Source: an uncultured Bacilli bacterium
GTDB taxonomy: Bacteria; Bacillota_I; Bacilli_A; RF39; UBA660
Length of the DNA stretch: 64,000 nucleotides
Assembly: GCA_944359055.1 (NCBI GenBank)
Contig: CALVSO010000003.1
Coordinates: 4,832-68,831 of the forward strand
Reading direction: 5' to 3'
Part shown: in pieces, positions 59,996 through 64,000 of the stretch
Layout: each line of letters starts with the position of its first letter
How positions within the stretch are numbered: the stretch's first letter is position 1
Translations under genes and position numbers: made by a program
The notes under the pieces: model-generated
What the model saw: only the letters and a program-made list of their open reading frames with translations
Databases searched by the model: none
What the model was told of the DNA's origin: nothing

Positions 59996-60847
59996 TTACT
60001 TATTTTCGATTAATTTTTCATCTTTATATTCATAACCTAAATAATTATCTTTAGATATAACAGTTTCTCCTAATTGCTTTTCTAATTCATCGCGAGCAAC
60101 TTTAGCCACACTACCACCTATTTTAGCTACTTTTATATTGTTCCTTAATCCTTGTGGTTTTTGTTTATTAGCTAGTCTTTTTGTTGCCTCTTCACCTAAA
60201 TCAGCTAATGTTACTTCAATACTATCCATATTATCCCTTAAAGATTCTTTTCTTAATCCTTTATATTCTTTATACTCTTTAGCAGTCATACCTGACCAAC
60301 TTTTATATATTTCATTTGTTAAAATGCCATATTCATAATTTTCAGTAATTCCATTTTCTTTCCATACATCAGTTAAACTTTTTCTTTGCTGAATTCCCTT
60401 TATTCGTTTAGCTATCCATAATTCATCGTATCCTTTAGAACGATATAAATCTATTAATCTTTGAATACCAATTGAAGGATCAAATACTTCATCAATTCTT
60501 TCACCACCTAATTTTGCCAACCATTGTTTTATCGGTTCAGCATTTTTACTTGGTATTGATTCAATTATTCTAAACATTCCTTCAATATCTACAACATCTG
60601 TTAAGCGATATTTACCATCTTGAGCTTTCAATTTCAACTGGTGACAATTTGTCACCGTTTCATTTCCTTCTTCTTTTAATCTTTGTTTTAATTTATTCCA
60701 GTATTTTCTTCCATCCTTACTTTCTGATAGAATACTTACAACGTCAACAACACTAATATAATATTTTTCTTCATCTTTGTCCCATATTGTTCTAATATTA
60801 TCATTATTAAATATTTTATTTATTAAATATGTTTTATCTTGTTTCAT
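59996..60847 (-). CDS. Bro-N domain protein (DinD/antirepressor-like)
   Basis: N-terminal NIRTIWDKDEEKYYISVVDVVSILSES...KYWNKLKQRL resembles Bro-N/KilA-N. Confidence 0.45.
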   Translation of the reverse strand: MKQDKTYLINKIFNNDNIRTIWDKDEEKYYISVVDVVSILSESKDGRKYWNKLKQRLKEEGNETVTNCHQLKLKAQDGKYRLTDVVDIEGMFRIIESIPSKNAEPIKQWLAKLGGERIDEVFDPSIGIQRLIDLYRSKGYDELWIAKRIKGIQQRKSLTDVWKENGITENYEYGILTNEIYKSWSGMTAKEYKEYKGLRKESLRDNMDSIEVTLADLGEEATKRLANKQKPQGLRNNIKVAKIGGSVAKVARDELEKQLGETVISKDNYLGYEYKDEKLIENK

Positions 60848-60932
60848 ATTCCTCCTTCTAAACTCCTACAAACATATTATATCATACGAACATATATTTG
60901 TAAACGGTTGTTAAAAAAAGAAAAGAACAAAA

Positions 60933-63900
60933 TTAATTCTTTTCTACTTTGATAATAACATCTTCATCATTTAATTTATCATCAAATGCTAAAGTTTCAT
61001 CTTTAACTAATTCATCACCTAAAACTTCACCCATAACATAATCATAATATTTATCTAACATTTGATTTATTTTTTCACTTCCATGATAAATAACTTTAAT
61101 ATGATCTGTTATAACAAAGTCAGCTTCTTTTCTTAAACTTTGAACTTTACGAACAAATTCACGAGCTAAGCCTTCTAATATTAAATCTTCATTTAATTCA
61201 GTGTTTAATACAACACAAGTTTTATTATTACTACTTGAAGCATAACCTTCTTTTTGTTTTAAAGAAATTAAAACCATTTCATTAGTTAATTTAAAATCTT
61301 CATCGCCTAATTTAACAGTTAATCCATCACTTTGTAATAAGTTAATATCTTTAGTTGATAATTTAGTTAATATTTCTTGTAATTCTTTTACTTTAGGGCC
61401 TAAAGTCTTACCTAAAACTTTAAAATTAGGCTTAACTATATAATCTAAATATTCACTCATATCTTCTTTAAATATTATTTCTTTAACATTTAATTCTTCT
61501 TGGATAACAGATATTAAATTACCAATAATTCTTTCATCATTTTTAGGTAAAATTAAGTGTGATATTGGTTGTCTTACTTTAATATTAGCTTCTTCACGAG
61601 CAAATCTTCCTAATGAACAAACGTCTCTTACTAAATCCATTTGTTCTTCAATTTTTTCATCAATTAATTTTTCATTATATTTAGGGAAATCTGCTAAATG
61701 AATAGATTCTTCACCAGTTAATTTTTGATATATTTCTTCAGTTAAGAATGGCGTTATAGGAGCACATAACTTACATAATGTTACTAATACTTCATAAGTT
61801 GTTAAATAAACAGCTTTTTTAGATTCAGATAATTCACTATCCCAGAATCTTCTTCTATTACTTCTAATATACCAATTTGATAAATCATCATTTAAAAATG
61901 GTACTATTAATCTTGCAACTTTATTTAAATCATATTCTTCATAAGCTGAAGTTACATTTTTAATTAATTTATTTAATTTAGATAATAACCATCTATCAAT
62001 TAATTCTCTTTTACTTTCTTCAATATGATATTCTCTTGGATCAATATGATCAGCATTAGCATACATTTCGAAGAATGAATAAGCATTTTTAAATGTTGAT
62101 ATATATTTAGAATATATTTCTTTTAAACCAGTTTCATCAAATTTTAAAGGTGTCCAAACAGGAGAGGCATATAGCATATAATATCTTACTGTATCAGCTC
62201 CATATTCTGTCATAATTTTAACAGGATCAATAATATTACCAGTTGATTTACTCATTTTTTTACCATAAGCATCTAACATCATATCATTAACTACAACATT
62301 TTTAAAACTTGATTCTCCTGATATAATAGTTGATATAACTAATAATACATAGAACCATCCTCTTGTTTGATCTACACCTTCTGCTATAAAATCAGCTGGA
62401 AATTGTGATTCAAACAATTCTTTGTTTTCAAATGGATAATGAAATTGAGCATATGGCATAGATCCTGAATCAAACCAAACATCTAATACATCTTTCACTC
62501 TATCCATTACTTTACCACATTTACTACATTTAATATGTAATTCATCAACATAAGGACGATGCAATTCTATATTTTTTACATCAACATCTTCAATTATTTT
62601 TTCTTGTAATTCATCTAGAGATCCAATCACTTCTTTATGTCCACATTCACAAGTCCAAATAGGCATTGGACAACCCCAATATCTATTTCTTGAAATTCCC
62701 CAATCAACCATATTTTCTAACCAATTAGCAAATCTTTTTTCACCAATATAATCAGGATACCAATTAATCTTTTTATTTGCTTCAATTATTTTGTCTTTAT
62801 AAGCTGTAGTTTTAACATACCAAGCTGGTTTAGCATAATAAATTAAAGGACTCTTACATCTCCAACAATGTGGATAATCGTGAACTATTTTGATTTTCTT
62901 AAATAATTTATCATTTTCTTTTAAATATTTAACAATTTCAATTTCTAAATCAGTATCAGTTACTAATCTACCTTTCCAAGGTCCTTCTAAATAACATCCA
63001 TCTTTTCCAACAGAATTAACAAAAGAAATTCCTTTTTCACGACATACTCTATTATCATCTTCACCATAAGCAGGTGCGATATGAACAATACCAGTACCAT
63101 CAGAATCAGTTACGTAACTATCTGCTACAACTTCAAAAGCTTTACCTTCTACTTTAACAAAAGGTAATAATTGTTCGTATTTGATACCTTGTAAATCACT
63201 ACCTTTATATTTTTCTAATACTTTATAATCTTCACCCAATACTTTATCAGCTAAAGATTCACATAAAATAAATTTATAACCTTGACTTTCAACTTTTAAA
63301 TAAGTTAAATCTGGATTAACACAAATAGCAACATTAGCCATTAAAGTCCATGGTGTTGTTGTCCAAACTAAGAAATAAACATCTTCATCTTTTTTCTTAA
63401 AAGGAACAATAACAGTATTTACTGAATCTTGTTGATATCCTTGCGCTACTTCGTTACTAGATAATTCAGTACCACATCTTGGACAATAAGGTAATACTTT
63501 ATTTCCATGATAAATCAAACCTTTTTTGTCCATTTCTTTAACAATCCACCACTCAGATTCAATATATTCATTGTCACAAGTAACATATGGATGATCACAA
63601 TCAATAAATTGTCCCATCATATCAGTTATTTTTTTAACTTCACTTATATTAGTAGCTGTTTCACAATTACATTCATGACAAAAATTTTCAATACCAAACT
63701 TTTCAATATCAGATTTATTTTTAAAACCTAATTTCTTTTCAACATTAACTTCAATAGGTAATCCATGAGTATCTAATCCTATTTTTCTTAAAACTCGATA
63801 TCCTTGCATTGTTTTATATTTAGTAAATGAATCTTTGATTGTTTTAGCAAACACATGATGAATACCAGGTTTTGCATTAGCATAAATAGGTCCATCATAA

Positions 63901-64000
63901 AAAACATAATTTTTTTTATCTTTTCTATTTTCTATAGATTTTTCAAATATATTATTTTCTTTCCAAAAAGATAATATTTCTGTTTCTGATTCATTAATTG
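60933..64000 (-). CDS. ileS: isoleucyl-tRNA synthetase (the N-terminus lies beyond the right edge; the track ORF begins at an internal GTG)
   Basis: The frame stays open upstream of 63854 to the window end (...ETEILSFWKENNIFEKSIENRKDKKNYVFYDGPIYANAKPGIHHV). KMSKS motif (KMSKSTGN); C-terminal zinc CxxC pairs. Confidence 0.9.
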   Translation of the reverse strand, partial: INESETEILSFWKENNIFEKSIENRKDKKNYVFYDGPIYANAKPGIHHVFAKTIKDSFTKYKTMQGYRVLRKIGLDTHGLPIEVNVEKKLGFKNKSDIEKFGIENFCHECNCETATNISEVKKITDMMGQFIDCDHPYVTCDNEYIESEWWIVKEMDKKGLIYHGNKVLPYCPRCGTELSSNEVAQGYQQDSVNTVIVPFKKKDEDVYFLVWTTTPWTLMANVAICVNPDLTYLKVESQGYKFILCESLADKVLGEDYKVLEKYKGSDLQGIKYEQLLPFVKVEGKAFEVVADSYVTDSDGTGIVHIAPAYGEDDNRVCREKGISFVNSVGKDGCYLEGPWKGRLVTDTDLEIEIVKYLKENDKLFKKIKIVHDYPHCWRCKSPLIYYAKPAWYVKTTAYKDKIIEANKKINWYPDYIGEKRFANWLENMVDWGISRNRYWGCPMPIWTCECGHKEVIGSLDELQEKIIEDVDVKNIELHRPYVDELHIKCSKCGKVMDRVKDVLDVWFDSGSMPYAQFHYPFENKELFESQFPADFIAEGVDQTRGWFYVLLVISTIISGESSFKNVVVNDMMLDAYGKKMSKSTGNIIDPVKIMTEYGADTVRYYMLYASPVWTPLKFDETGLKEIYSKYISTFKNAYSFFEMYANADHIDPREYHIEESKRELIDRWLLSKLNKLIKNVTSAYEEYDLNKVARLIVPFLNDDLSNWYIRSNRRRFWDSELSESKKAVYLTTYEVLVTLCKLCAPITPFLTEEIYQKLTGEESIHLADFPKYNEKLIDEKIEEQMDLVRDVCSLGRFAREEANIKVRQPISHLILPKNDERIIGNLISVIQEELNVKEIIFKEDMSEYLDYIVKPNFKVLGKTLGPKVKELQEILTKLSTKDINLLQSDGLTVKLGDEDFKLTNEMVLISLKQKEGYASSSNNKTCVVLNTELNEDLILEGLAREFVRKVQSLRKEADFVITDHIKVIYHGSEKINQMLDKYYDYVMGEVLGDELVKDETLAFDDKLNDEDVIIKVEKN

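Noticed and set aside
60640-60656. Perfect palindrome GGTGACA-att-TGTCACC inside the Bro-N gene
   Set aside because: It lies inside a coding sequence, matches no operator consensus I recognise (not a Cheo/LexA box or cre), and is short enough to occur by chance.
1-64000. Looked for CRISPR arrays, rRNA, insertion sequences/transposases and integrases
   Set aside because: No regularly spaced direct repeats, no rRNA-like conserved segments and no transposase or integrase-like ORFs were found. The only mobile-element-like hint is the Bro-N domain gene at 59996-60847.

Overview
This is an AT-rich (about 25-27% GC by eye) chromosomal segment from a Gram-positive, endospore-forming Firmicute, probably Clostridia-like. 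It carries a SigK-type sporulation sigma factor, the yabP-yabQ-divIC cluster, a GerQ-like coat protein and an LtaS-family enzyme. The right two-thirds (about 23-64 kb) is mostly ordinary housekeeping and accessory genes: ileS (runs off the right edge), typA/bipA, a membrane thermonuclease, an OmpR/HK two-component pair, a UvrD-like helicase, rnhB, ltaS, a ZIP transporter, a P-type ATPase, PFOR, a GGDEF protein, PduL, cmk, cls, secG, an ABC exporter, an M16 peptidase pair, tRNA-Cys and tRNA-Lys. The left about 22 kb (189-22741, all on the minus strand except one gene) is an unusual accessory locus. It holds two SipW-type (archaeal/ER-type) signal peptidase I genes, one fused to an about 500 aa charged C-terminal domain. 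It holds at least ten paralogous secreted proteins whose N-termini match the SipW-cognate TasA/camelysin signal motif (..S/G-T-Y-A-W-F..) and whose C-termini share a W-x-E-G-x-D strand. These are organised as a duplicated three-gene cassette with near-identical DNA tracts. The locus also holds a 1109 aa beta-helix/Ig-repeat surface protein, a membrane-anchored McrB/AAA_5-like ATPase, and an orphan PilD prepilin peptidase plus a PilC/GspF-like platform protein carrying an extra N-terminal membrane domain. I found no pilin or PilB-type ATPase in the window. Each of four promoter regions in the locus carries a near-consensus sigma-A promoter plus a perfect Spo0A 0A box (TGTCGAA). My main candidate is therefore an undescribed, sporulation-onset-regulated TasA-like fibre or appendage assembly system. 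Other notable items: a partial duplication of sigK (an intact gene plus a 5' pseudogene copy 1.8 kb away) flanking tandem zinc-ribbon membrane protein genes; a 30 aa hydrophobic peptide gene with an SD-sequestering hairpin and overlapping alternative hairpins, resembling a type I toxin; and several bidirectional intrinsic terminators.
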